Source of the DNA: Deltaproteobacteria bacterium
GTDB lineage: Bacteria > Myxococcota_A > UBA9160 > SZUA-336
DNA length: 64,000 nt
NCBI GenBank assembly: GCA_031396695.1
Contig: JANNLG010000171.1
Location: 6,053-70,052 of the forward strand
Direction of reading: 5' to 3'
How positions within the stretch are numbered: position 1 is the stretch's first letter; each line of letters opens with the position of its first letter. A program made the position numbers and the translations under genes. Under the pieces are notes generated by a model. The model was not told where the DNA came from and made no database searches. It was given only the letters and a program-made list of their open reading frames with translations. Positions 15,777 to 25,640 of the stretch are shown piece after piece.

Positions 15777-16367
15777 ATGAAAAACCCAAATCGTTCAATG
15801 GCTTGCGTTCTCGCCCTGCTGGCGTTGGCGGTCTCGGGCTGCGGCTACAACTCGATCCAGGGAGCCGACGAGAACGTCAAGGCCGCTTGGGCCGAGGTGG
15901 AGAACCAGTATCAGCGCCGCATGGACCTGATCCCGAATCTGGTCGCCACCGTGAAGGGTGCGGCGAACTTCGAGAAGGAGACGCTCGAAGCCGTGATCCA
16001 GGCGCGCGCCAGCGCGACCCAGGTGAAGATGGACGCGAGCGTGCTCGACGACCCGGAGGCGTTCAAGAAGCTGCAGGAGGCTCAGAGTTCGTTGTCGGGC
16101 GCGCTCTCGCGACTGTTGGTGGTTTCGGAGCGCTACCCGGAGCTGAAGGCGACCGCGGCGTTCAGAGACCTGCAAGCGCAGCTCGAGGGCACGGAGAATC
16201 GCATCACCGTCGCCCGCAAGCGTTACGTCGAGACGGTGGCCGAGTACAACAAGCTGGTGCGTTTCTTCCCGACCAACCTGACCGCGCGCTTCATCCTGGG
16301 CGTGGAGCCGCGGCCGACCTTCGAGGCCACGCCCGGCTCCGAGAAGCCGCCCGAGGTGAAATTCTGA
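15777..16367 (+). CDS. lemA: LemA family lipoprotein
   Basis: ATG 15777. Has the lipobox LALAVSGC. The segments GYNSIQGADENVKAAWAEVENQYQRRMDLIPNLV and RYPELKA...FRDLQAQLEGTENRI are typical of LemA. Confidence 0.9.
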   Translation: MKNPNRSMACVLALLALAVSGCGYNSIQGADENVKAAWAEVENQYQRRMDLIPNLVATVKGAANFEKETLEAVIQARASATQVKMDASVLDDPEAFKKLQEAQSSLSGALSRLLVVSERYPELKATAAFRDLQAQLEGTENRITVARKRYVETVAEYNKLVRFFPTNLTARFILGVEPRPTFEATPGSEKPPEVKF

Positions 16368-17125
16368 GCGCGAGCCCCGCGCGCGCCGCGCTGATCGTTC
16401 TCGCGCTCGTCGGTGTCGCGTTCGCTCGCGATGCGCGCGCGCTCGAGATTCCCGAGCTGCGCGCGCACGTGCTCGATCGCGCGGGTCTGTTGCCGACGCA
16501 GTCGGCGCAGTCGCTCGAGCGAACACTCAGCGACTTCGAGCGCTCGACCGGTCACCAGGTGGTGGTGCACGTCACGCCATCGCTCGAGGGGCTCGAGATC
16601 GAGGACTACTCGATCCAGACCGCCGAAGCCTGGAAGGTCGGCCAGCAGAGCCTCGACAACGGCGTGATCCTCACGGTCGCGCCGAACGAGCGACGCGTGC
16701 GGATCGAGGTCGGCTACGGGCTCGAGGGCGTGCTGCCCGACGCGCTCTCCGCGCGCATCGTGCGAGACGTGATCCTGCCCGAGTTCCGCGCGGGCCGGAT
16801 GGATCAGGGCGTGCTCGCGGGCACGCGCGCGATTCTCGGCGTGATCTCCGGCGAGGTCCTGCCGGTCCCCGCGCAAGGCGGTCGACCTGCGCCATCGAAG
16901 TGGATCGTGGGGCTCTGGATCGTGTTCATCGTCGTGATGCTCCTCTCGCGCGGCCTCTTCTTCGCGCCGCCGTTCGGTGGACCCGGCATGCGGCGCGGCC
17001 GGAGCTCGAGTGGAATGCCGCCGTTCGGCGGCGGTTTCGGGCGCGGTGGCGGGGGCTTCGGTGGCGGCGGATTCTCGGGTGGCGGCGGCGGCTTCGGCGG
17101 CGGCGGCGCGTCGGGACGCTGGTGA
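16364..17125 (+). CDS. TPM domain-containing protein (YgcG-like) with Gly-rich C-terminal tail; proposed CTG start
   Basis: Tail of track ORF 15539..17125. The signal peptide (L/M)SASPARAALIVLALVGVAFA begins at CTG 16364, which overlaps the lemA TGA, with GAGGTG 5 nt upstream. The TPM core is present (VLDRAGLL, GHQVVVHV, GVILTVAPNERRVRIEVGYGLEG), followed by a TM segment and a GGGFGGGG tail. Confidence 0.8.
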   Translation: MSASPARAALIVLALVGVAFARDARALEIPELRAHVLDRAGLLPTQSAQSLERTLSDFERSTGHQVVVHVTPSLEGLEIEDYSIQTAEAWKVGQQSLDNGVILTVAPNERRVRIEVGYGLEGVLPDALSARIVRDVILPEFRAGRMDQGVLAGTRAILGVISGEVLPVPAQGGRPAPSKWIVGLWIVFIVVMLLSRGLFFAPPFGGPGMRRGRSSSGMPPFGGGFGRGGGGFGGGGFSGGGGGFGGGGASGRW

Positions 17126-17748
17126 TGCGCGCTTCCGAGCTGCTCGACGAGCGCGGCCGCGCGGCGATCGCCGCGGCGGTGCAGGCGGCGGAACGCGCGA
17201 CCTCGGGTGAGATCGTGCCGGTGATCGTGGAACGCAGCGACGCCTACGCCGAGCCGCGCTTCGGCGCCGCAGCGCTGGTCGCCTTCGCATCGGGCGCGGT
17301 CGCGCTCGCGTTCGCACCGGGGCTCGCGCCCTGGCTCGTGCCGACACAGCTCGGTGTGTTCGCGGCCGGCGCGTGGCTGTTCGGCCGAGCCGCGCTGCTG
17401 CGCCGTCTGGTTCCCGAAGAAGTCGTGAGCCGGCGCGTCGCGCGCGCGGCCGCGCTCACTTTCCACGAAGCCGGGCTGGTCGAGACGCGCGAGCGGACCG
17501 GCATCCTGATCTACGTCTCGCTGCTCGAGCACCGCGTAGTCGTGCTCGCCGATCGCGGCATCCACGCGCGCGTCGAGCCGGGCACCTGGGACGAAGTCGT
17601 CGCGCGCATCGTCACCGGCATCCGCGAGCGCCGCGCCGAAGCCGGCCTCGCCGACGGCATCCGGCTGTGCGGAGAGATCCTGAGCGAGCGGTTCCCGATC
17701 CGCCCCGACGACCGCAACGAGCTACCCGACACACCGCGCGGCGGCTGA
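17125..17748 (+). CDS. TPM domain-containing protein (second, cytoplasm-facing type)
   Basis: ATG 17125 forms a TGATG overlap with the upstream stop. The segments AIAAAVQAAERATSGEIVPVIVERSD and TGILIYVSLLEHRVVVLADRGI match the DUF477/TPM pattern. This is the classic third member of a LemA-TPM-TPM operon. Confidence 0.8.
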   Translation: MRASELLDERGRAAIAAAVQAAERATSGEIVPVIVERSDAYAEPRFGAAALVAFASGAVALAFAPGLAPWLVPTQLGVFAAGAWLFGRAALLRRLVPEEVVSRRVARAAALTFHEAGLVETRERTGILIYVSLLEHRVVVLADRGIHARVEPGTWDEVVARIVTGIRERRAEAGLADGIRLCGEILSERFPIRPDDRNELPDTPRGG

Positions 17749-17774
17749 GCGCACCGGGTGCCGCTGAGTCCCGT

Positions 17775-18230
17775 TCAGACCCTTTGCTTTTTCTGGCACC
17801 TCGGGCAGATCCCGTACAGGATGTGCCGGTGCTGGGTGAGCACGTAGCCGTGCTCGGCGGCGACCTTGCGCTGCTCTTCCTCGATCGTCTCGCGCTCGAA
17901 CTCGACGATCGCGCCGCAGACCTGACAGATCAGGTGGTCGTGGTGGTGGCCCTCGCGCTCGTAGAGCGTGACGCCGTCGCGGAAGTGATGCGCGCGAGCG
18001 ACGCCCGCCTCGCAGAACAGCTTCAGCGCGCGGTAGACGGTGGCGGCGCCCACGTCCGGGCTCGAGTGCAGGACGGCCTCGTACAGCTCTTCGCTGGTCA
18101 CGTGACCCTTCGCGTGCAGGAACGCGTCGAGGATCGCGTCGCGCTGCTTCGTCTGCTTCAGACCGTGGCGCGAGAGATGCTCCGACAGCTTCTCATGGGC
18201 GCGCCGGTCGGACTCGACCCCGGATGCCAT
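17775..18230 (-). CDS. fur: Fur family transcriptional regulator
   Basis: Full-length track ORF. Shows the winged helix (GLKQTKQRDAILDAF...TVYRALKLF), the HHHDHLIC metal site, and the CxxC...CxxC pairs (CQVC, CPRC). Confidence 0.9.
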   Translation of the reverse strand: MASGVESDRRAHEKLSEHLSRHGLKQTKQRDAILDAFLHAKGHVTSEELYEAVLHSSPDVGAATVYRALKLFCEAGVARAHHFRDGVTLYEREGHHHDHLICQVCGAIVEFERETIEEEQRKVAAEHGYVLTQHRHILYGICPRCQKKQRV

Positions 18231-18242
18231 CGTCGGGCCACG

Positions 18243-20585
18243 CTATCGGGGGGCCGAACGCCTGTCAACGCGAATGCCGAGCAAGCGCCGCATCAGCGCG
18301 CCGAGATCGGGGTCGGAGAACATGCCGAGTGTCTCGTAGACTCTCGCGAGGCGATCGCGCACGTCGCTCGAGCGCGGCGCGAGCGCGATCTCGCGCGCGC
18401 AGTCCGTCATCGCCGAGGCGTCGGTCCGGCGCACGACCTGGCGCAGCGCAAGCACCGAGAACGGCGCCATCGAGAGCTCCTCGATTCCCATGCCGATCAA
18501 GAGCGGCGCCACGACCGGATTGCCGCCGAGTTCCCCGCACAGCGAGCACGGGATGCCGGCCGCGCGCGCCGCATCGACGCTGCGCTGGATCTCGGACAGC
18601 ACACCGGGATGGAACGGATCGTAGATCCCGGCCACGCGCTCGTTCTCGCGGTCGGTGGCGAGCGTGTACTGCATCAGATCGTTGGTGCCGATCGAGAAGA
18701 AGTCGGAGCGCGCGGCCAGGTGCTGCGCGATCGCGACCGCGGCGGGCGTCTCGATCATGACACCGAGCGGTGGCATGGCCGCGCCGAGCTCCGCGCAGAC
18801 CGCCAGCAGGTGCTCGCGCGCCGCCTCGAGCTCGTCCACCGACGCGATCATCGGCAGCATGATGCGCAGGTTGCCGGTGCCGTTCGCGCGCACGATCGCG
18901 CGCAGCTGTGCGCGAAACAGCTCGGGCCGGTCGAGCAGGATGCGGATCGCGCGCCAGCCGAGCTGCGGGTTCGCCTCTTCGATCGACTCGCCGGACAGCG
19001 CCTTGTCGCCGCCCAGATCGAAGCAGCGGATCACCACCGGGTCGGGGGCGATCTGCGTCGCCACGCGCAGGTACGCGCGCTGCTGCTCGTCCTCTTCGGG
19101 CACGCCGCGCGAGCCGAGCGCGAACACCTCCGTGCGCAACAAGCCGATGCCTTCCGCGCCGTAGCGCTTCACCAGATCGACGTCGGAGAGTCCGCCGACG
19201 TTGGCCGAGAGGCGGATCTTGCGGCCGTCGCGCGTCTCGCTCGGCAGGCCGCGCAGCTCGTCGAGCCGTCCGCGCGTCTTGCGATAGCGCCCGGAGATCA
19301 CCGTGTACTCGGCTCGCTGTGCGCGCGTGGGCGCCGCGATCACCACACCCTCGAGCCCGTCGACGATCACCTCGTCTTCGGGTCGCAGCCGCGCCGCGAT
19401 GCGCGCCACGCCGGAGACGGCCGGGATCTCGAGCGAGCGCGCGAAGATCGCGGAGTGACTGGTCGGCCCGCCGTGCTCCGTCACCAGCCCCGCGATCTTC
19501 TCGGTTTCGAGCAGCACGAACTCGCTCGGCGCGATCGCCGACGCGACCACGATCACGCCGTTGCGCAGCGGCGGATTGTGCAGTCGCACGCCGAGCAGCT
19601 CGCCGACCGCGCGCTGCAACACGTCCTCGACGTCGGCGGCGCGCTCGCGCACGGTCGCGTCGGGCGTCGCGGCGAAAATCGCCGCGTAGCCCTGCATGGT
19701 CTCCACCAGCGCGCGCGCGCCGTTGCCGTGCAAATCGACGCCGCGGCGCAGCTTGGCGCGAAAGCCCTGGTCTTCGAGGATCATGATGTGGGTGGTGAAG
19801 ACGTCTGCGAGCTCCTCGCCGAAGCGCTCGCCGACGCTCCCGCGCAGGTCGTTCAGCTGGCGCACGGTTTCGCGCAACGCGCGCTGCACGGCGCGGAACT
19901 CCGCCGCAGGCGTGCGCGCCGGCTCGTAGTCGATCGCACCCAGATCGAGCCGCGGCGCGATCAGGTGCACACGTCCGCGCGCGATGCCCGGTGAATTGCC
20001 GTTGCCGCGCAGCACCGTGCCGCGCGCGAGCGGCTCGGGCGCGCTGGCGGCGAAGCGTCTACCCGGAGCGCTCTCGCGCAGCGCGCGATCGAGCAGCCGC
20101 GCGTTGAGCACGATTGAGCCCACCTGCGCCGCGATCATCTCGAGCAGCTCGAGCTGCTCGGGCGGGAACACGCGCACGCGCGCGGTGCGCGCGGTCAGCA
20201 CACCGACCGGCTCGCCGCGCACCAGCAGCGGCACCGCCACCAGCGAGCGGAAGCGCTGCTCGCCCGAGAACGACACGGTCTGCACGCGTGTGTCGAGTCG
20301 AACGTCCGGCACCGCGATCGTCTCGCGCTGCTGCAGCGCGCGGCCCGCGATGCCCTGGCCGAGCCGGATGCGCACGCGCCCGACGGCCTGCGGGTTCAGG
20401 CCGCGCGTCGCGCGCAGCACCAACGTCTCGCCGTCCTCTTCGAGCACGTAGATCGAGCACGCCGAGGCGTGCATCCAGCGCGCGACCAGACGCACGACGT
20501 TTTCGAGCGTCTCCGCGAGGTCGTGACTGCGCGTGAGCAGCCGGCCGACGTCGCGCAGAAAGTTCGCGGATGCGCCTCGAGGCAT
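18243..20585 (-). CDS. ptsP: phosphoenolpyruvate-protein phosphotransferase with N-terminal GAF domain (EI-Ntr type)
   Basis: Full-length 780-aa ORF. An N-terminal GAF region is followed by EI motifs (GGPTSHSAIFARSLEIPAV, FFSIGTNDLMQY, CGE). Confidence 0.9.
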   Translation of the reverse strand: MPRGASANFLRDVGRLLTRSHDLAETLENVVRLVARWMHASACSIYVLEEDGETLVLRATRGLNPQAVGRVRIRLGQGIAGRALQQRETIAVPDVRLDTRVQTVSFSGEQRFRSLVAVPLLVRGEPVGVLTARTARVRVFPPEQLELLEMIAAQVGSIVLNARLLDRALRESAPGRRFAASAPEPLARGTVLRGNGNSPGIARGRVHLIAPRLDLGAIDYEPARTPAAEFRAVQRALRETVRQLNDLRGSVGERFGEELADVFTTHIMILEDQGFRAKLRRGVDLHGNGARALVETMQGYAAIFAATPDATVRERAADVEDVLQRAVGELLGVRLHNPPLRNGVIVVASAIAPSEFVLLETEKIAGLVTEHGGPTSHSAIFARSLEIPAVSGVARIAARLRPEDEVIVDGLEGVVIAAPTRAQRAEYTVISGRYRKTRGRLDELRGLPSETRDGRKIRLSANVGGLSDVDLVKRYGAEGIGLLRTEVFALGSRGVPEEDEQQRAYLRVATQIAPDPVVIRCFDLGGDKALSGESIEEANPQLGWRAIRILLDRPELFRAQLRAIVRANGTGNLRIMLPMIASVDELEAAREHLLAVCAELGAAMPPLGVMIETPAAVAIAQHLAARSDFFSIGTNDLMQYTLATDRENERVAGIYDPFHPGVLSEIQRSVDAARAAGIPCSLCGELGGNPVVAPLLIGMGIEELSMAPFSVLALRQVVRRTDASAMTDCAREIALAPRSSDVRDRLARVYETLGMFSDPDLGALMRRLLGIRVDRRSAPR

Positions 20586-20617
20586 GGCTTTCAGTCTAGC
20601 CGCCCCTTCGCTGGCAC

Positions 20618-20660
20618 AAAAAAGAGAGACACGGCCCGTTCGCGGGTGCCGTGTCTCTCT
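20618..20660 (-). terminator. rho-independent terminator
   Basis: On the minus strand, AGAGAGACACGGC-(12 nt loop)-GCCGTGTCTCTCT forms a perfect 13-bp stem followed by a T-run. It begins 22 nt after the stop of the HTH gene (20682). Confidence 0.75.
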
Positions 20661-20681
20661 TCTCGAGCTTGAAGCTCCGGC

Positions 20682-20924
20682 TCAGTCGAGGAAGACCTGG
20701 TCTTTGTCCTCGAAGCGCATGCCGAGCGCGATCAGGATCTTGCGCTTGGTGTCCATGCGGCAGTTCATGCCCTTTTCCACGGAGTGGATCGTGCGGAGGG
20801 CGACCTTGGCCTTCTTGGCCAGCTGCGCCTGGGTCATGAGCTTGTTTTCGCGAAGCTCACGCACCCGGTTCCGCTTCCGCGGCTGCTTGTCGTCCATCGA
20901 TTCTGTGAAGCTCATGTGCTCCAT
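20682..20924 (-). CDS. XRE-family helix-turn-helix transcriptional regulator (80 aa)
   Basis: GGGAGGAG lies upstream of ATG 20924. LRENKLMTQAQLAKKAKVALRTIHSVEKG is a typical HTH_3/XRE motif. Confidence 0.8.
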   Translation of the reverse strand: MEHMSFTESMDDKQPRKRNRVRELRENKLMTQAQLAKKAKVALRTIHSVEKGMNCRMDTKRKILIALGMRFEDKDQVFLD

Positions 20925-21129
20925 TCCGCGGAGCTCCTCCCGGTCAAGTAGGGGTGCCCACCCTCATAGGCTCGCCCTTGCGTACTCACCGCATCCGATC
21001 GGGCTCGCGTTTCCGGTTCTTTAGCGGCGGCCAGCGTTTACGCGCTCCGGACTCAAAAGCCGTGCACGTGCGAGAGGCGACCGCGCGGCGGGGATTTGCA
21101 AAGGTCTTGCGCGAGCCTGCGCGCGTCGC

Positions 21130-23826
21130 GTGCCGGCATGTGATACGCAGCTGGACCGCGATTTGGGTGAGAGGGGAGAGGCTCTGGCGCAGCCCGATTC
21201 CAAGCCACGGGCCAGCCGCGCGCGGCGGATCTGGCGGCGGCTCGGCTTGTCCGTGCTGGTGCTCGGCCTCGCGTCGGCGGCCGCACTCACCGCCCTGCTC
21301 TACAGCGCCAACACGGAGTTCGTGGCCGGCGCGCTGTCTCGACTGACGGGAAGGCACGTCGAGATCGGCGCGATCTCGTTCCGGCCCGGGGCGAGCCTCG
21401 AGGTCGAGATCGAGCGGCTGCGCATCGAGGACGATTCGGGCCCCGACGCACCTGCGCTGTTCGAGGTCGAGCACGCGATCGGTCGCCAGGCCTGGCCGCG
21501 TCTGCTGGCGGGGCAGCTCCTGCCGCTCGACTGGGTGCTGGAGCGCCCGGTGCTGCGCCTGCGCGCGCCTGAGGCGGGCTCGACGGACGGCGGATTCGAA
21601 CTGGCCGCGCTGCCGCGATTGGGCTTGTCCGTCAGCGATGGCGAGCTCTCCTACCGAGCCAAGTCAGGGGAGCCGTGGGTGCTGAGCGGTCTGCGGCTCG
21701 AGACCACGCGCGCGGCCTTTGGCAGCCGCGTCGAGGGCGATGCGACCGGTCGCGTCGCGCGCGGCTCGAGCGCGCTGGGTGAGCTGGCCGTGCGCTTCGC
21801 CGCGGATCGCAGCCACGCCGAAGCGCGCGGCAGCGTGGTCGGGCTCGACCTCGCACTGCTGCCGCAGACGGCCGCGAAGGCGCGCGGCAACGCCACGGGA
21901 ACCTTCGACCTCTCGTACGGCTACGGCGCGGGGTCGATCGCGGGCAAGCTCGACCTCGATCTCGCCAAGCTCTCGATCGCCGTGCCGACGCTCGAGCGCC
22001 CGATCGCGCCGGCGCGCGCCAAGCTCGCGCTCGACGTGGATTGGAAAGGAGGCGTGCTCGCGCTGGGCTTGCGTCCGCTCGCGCTCGACGACTTGGTCGC
22101 CACCGGCACGTTCACGCTCGACACCGACAGCCCGGGCCGGCTGGCGCTCGACGTGAAGCTCGCGGACTTCGAGCCCGGCCGGCGCGACCGCCTGAACCCG
22201 CTGACGCTGCTCGGCATGAAGATCGACACCTGGCGGAAGGTGGCCGCGCAGATCGAGGCGGGCACGGTCTCCGACACGCACCTGGTGATCGACGTGCCGC
22301 GCATCACCGCCGGCGCGCGCCTGTCGTTCGACGCGCCGCTCGCGCCCGAGGCGTTCCAGCTCGAGCTCACCGCGCGCGACGGCACCTACCGGCCCGATCC
22401 CGACACGCGGCTCGAGAACATGAACGGGCGGCTCGCGATTCGCGGCAACCTGCTCGAGATCTCCGCGCTGCGCCTGACCGACGAGGGCAGTCCCACGCCC
22501 GAGATCAACGTGCGCATCGACGGCCTCGACCGACTCGTGCGCCTGCCTGACGACGAGGACGAAGTCGTGGGCGGTCCGGGAGCTGAGCTGCTCGGGCTCG
22601 AGGCGGCGATCGACGGGCTGGTCGGCGACGACGGGAGTGGCGGCGCCGAGCCGCCGGCACTCACGTTCAGCGAGCTTGCGCTGCGCTACCCGGCCTTCGT
22701 GCTGCCGCTGCGCGACGCCTCGGGCGTGCTGCGCTTTCCCGCGGGCGGAATTCACACCGAGGGCGCGCGCGGCGTGCTCGGGGGCGCACCAGCGGAGCTC
22801 GACGTGACATGGCAGCCGGCCGCCGACCGCGTCGAAGTCGGGATCCGCTTCCTCGACGAGCTCAGCCGCGGCCAACCGATCACGGGGCCGACCTGGCTCT
22901 CGGGGCGGATCGCGCTCGACTCGCTCGACATCGGCGAGCTGCGGCCCACGAACGTACTGGCGCGCATCGACGCGGAGGGCACCGACGTGCGCTTCACGGA
23001 CGTCTCCGCTGCGATCGCGGGCGGCGCGCTCACCGGCTCGGGCCAGGTGGCGCTCGGCGAGGCCGAGCGCGCGCCGTTCAGCTTCGACCTGGACGTTCGC
23101 GACTTCGACGCCGCGCCGGTCGCGACGGCGTTCGAGCTGCCCGAAGCGAGCGTGGTCGGCCGTGGCAAGGCGGCGGGTCGCGTCGCCGGAACGCTGCGGA
23201 CCGGCGGCCGCTTCGCGACCGAGGGCGAGCTCGACGTGCACGTGGAGCTCGTGAAGGGCAGCGTCGCCAAGCTGCCCGGGCTGGTGGCGCTCGCGCGCCT
23301 GCCGTCGCTCTCCGGTGTCAGCGGTCTGCTCGGCCGGCCGCTGCCGTACGACACGCTCTCGCTCGACTTCAAGCTCGCGAACGGCCAGCTCGGCCTCGCA
23401 GACGCGAAGCTGCTCGGCTCGCAGCTGCGCATGCTGGGCTCGGGCGAGATGAACTTGAACACGCCGACCAAGGAGTCCGACTTCGTGGTCGCGCTCTTGT
23501 TCCTGCAGACGCTCGACTCGGTGATCGGCAGCTTGCCGATCGTGCGCAACGTGATCCTGGGCAAGGACAAGAACCTGCTCGCGCTCTACTTCCACATGTA
23601 CGGACCGCGCGACGACATGTTCGTCACGCCGCTTGCTCCGGAGCGCCTGCGCGACATCGTCGGCTTCGCGTCGAGCGCGGTGATGAAGGGCGTGCGCACG
23701 CTCGGCGGGCTGATCCCCGGCGGCGGCGGCGAAGCGGCTCCGCCGGATGCAACCGGCCCTACGGACGAGAACGAGACGACGGACGAGACGGAGCCGACGC
23801 CGACGCCCAGCCCGTCGCCGCCCTGA
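21130..23826 (+). CDS. AsmA-like / YhdP-type large envelope protein
   Basis: Track ORF of 898 aa. Has an N-terminal TM segment (RRLGLSVLVLGLASAAALTALLY). The C-terminal AsmA-like region reads LDFKLANGQLGLADAKLLGSQLRMLGSGEMNL...LPIVRNVILGKDKNLLALYF. The start is uncertain: GTG 21130, or a later start downstream of GAGAGGGGAGAG. Confidence 0.7.
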   Translation: MPACDTQLDRDLGERGEALAQPDSKPRASRARRIWRRLGLSVLVLGLASAAALTALLYSANTEFVAGALSRLTGRHVEIGAISFRPGASLEVEIERLRIEDDSGPDAPALFEVEHAIGRQAWPRLLAGQLLPLDWVLERPVLRLRAPEAGSTDGGFELAALPRLGLSVSDGELSYRAKSGEPWVLSGLRLETTRAAFGSRVEGDATGRVARGSSALGELAVRFAADRSHAEARGSVVGLDLALLPQTAAKARGNATGTFDLSYGYGAGSIAGKLDLDLAKLSIAVPTLERPIAPARAKLALDVDWKGGVLALGLRPLALDDLVATGTFTLDTDSPGRLALDVKLADFEPGRRDRLNPLTLLGMKIDTWRKVAAQIEAGTVSDTHLVIDVPRITAGARLSFDAPLAPEAFQLELTARDGTYRPDPDTRLENMNGRLAIRGNLLEISALRLTDEGSPTPEINVRIDGLDRLVRLPDDEDEVVGGPGAELLGLEAAIDGLVGDDGSGGAEPPALTFSELALRYPAFVLPLRDASGVLRFPAGGIHTEGARGVLGGAPAELDVTWQPAADRVEVGIRFLDELSRGQPITGPTWLSGRIALDSLDIGELRPTNVLARIDAEGTDVRFTDVSAAIAGGALTGSGQVALGEAERAPFSFDLDVRDFDAAPVATAFELPEASVVGRGKAAGRVAGTLRTGGRFATEGELDVHVELVKGSVAKLPGLVALARLPSLSGVSGLLGRPLPYDTLSLDFKLANGQLGLADAKLLGSQLRMLGSGEMNLNTPTKESDFVVALLFLQTLDSVIGSLPIVRNVILGKDKNLLALYFHMYGPRDDMFVTPLAPERLRDIVGFASSAVMKGVRTLGGLIPGGGGEAAPPDATGPTDENETTDETEPTPTPSPSPP

Positions 23827-23853
23827 GGTAGACTCCGCCCCGCGGGTGACACT

Positions 23854-24773
<920 letters not shown>

Positions 24774-24777
<4 letters not shown>

Positions 24778-25640
24778 ACCGGGAGCTCCTGCGCTCCGAC
24801 GCCGCGCGCGCCGCGCGGGCTCTGCGCGTGCGCGCGCGCCGCGACGTGTCGACGTCGCTGACCGGCGCGTACCGCAGCGCGTTCCGCGGTCAGGGGCTGA
24901 CGTTCGAAGAGCTGCGCGACTACGTGCCCGGCGACGACGTGCGCTGGCTGGAGTGGAACGCGACCGCGCGCATCGGCCGGCCGATCGTGAAGCGCATGCG
25001 CGAGGAGCGCGACGTGGTGCTCGCGCTGCTGGTCGACCTGTCGCCCTCGCTCGACTTCGGCTTCGCGGGCGCGACCAAGCTCGAGGCGGTGCGGCGCGCG
25101 GCCGCGGCGCTGGCGGCGGCCGCGACCGCGGCGCAGGACCGCGTGGCGCTGGCCGTATTCTCGCAGCGACTCACCCGCGTGCTGCCGCCCGCCAGCGGCC
25201 GCTCCGCGCTCGAGCGCGTGTTCCGCGCGCTCGAAGCGCCGAGCGAGGGTGAATTCACCGACGCGTCCGGCGCGCTCGGCTGGGCCGCGGAGAAGCTGCC
25301 GCGCCATTCGGTGGTCGTGCTGGTCTCGGATTTCCTGTTCCCCGATCCGGGGCCGGAGCTGCGCCGCTGCGCGAGCAAGCACGACCTGGTCGCGCTGTGC
25401 GTGCGCGACCCCGCCGATCGGCCCGCGCGCGGGCTCCCGCCGATCCGCGTGCGCGACGCAGAACTGCGTCGCGCACGGTGGTGGAGCAGCAGCGCGGCGG
25501 CCGAGTCCGCGCTCGGAGCGGCGCTGCCCGAACGGAGCTTGCGCGCGATCGGCGCCGACTTCGGCGAGCTGTGGACGGGCACGCGGCTGCTGCCGAGTCT
25601 GTTGCGCTTCTTCGAGGAGCGCGCGCGGAGACGGCATTGA
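24774..25640 (+). CDS. DUF58 domain-containing protein
   Basis: ATGA overlap with moxR. YRSAFRGQGLTFEELRDYVPGDDVRWLEWNATAR is the DUF58 signature. Confidence 0.85.

Noticed and set aside
17028-17110. GGC/GGT-rich tandem-looking DNA.
   Set aside because: It encodes the Gly-rich tail (GGGFGRGGGGFGGGGFSGGGGGFGGGG) that is typical of YgcG/TPM proteins. It is coding low complexity, not a repeat element.
17373-19994. 873-aa plus-strand ORF. Similar long ORFs are 21664..24144(-), 59262..62336(+), 61873..63966(-), 50679..52463(-) and 24920..26416(-).
   Set aside because: All lie opposite to, or out of frame with, genes that have strong family signatures: ptsP, the AsmA-like and moxR genes, the ABC transporters, folC, ech/exosortase, and DUF58. 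All have Arg/Ala/Gly-dominated composition. None is called.
20942-20963. Sigma-54-like motif GTGGGCACCCCTACTTGACC on the minus strand, upstream of the XRE HTH gene.
   Set aside because: The GG-to-GC spacing is off by one. In addition, the -12 element reads TTGA rather than TTGC. The match is too weak to call.
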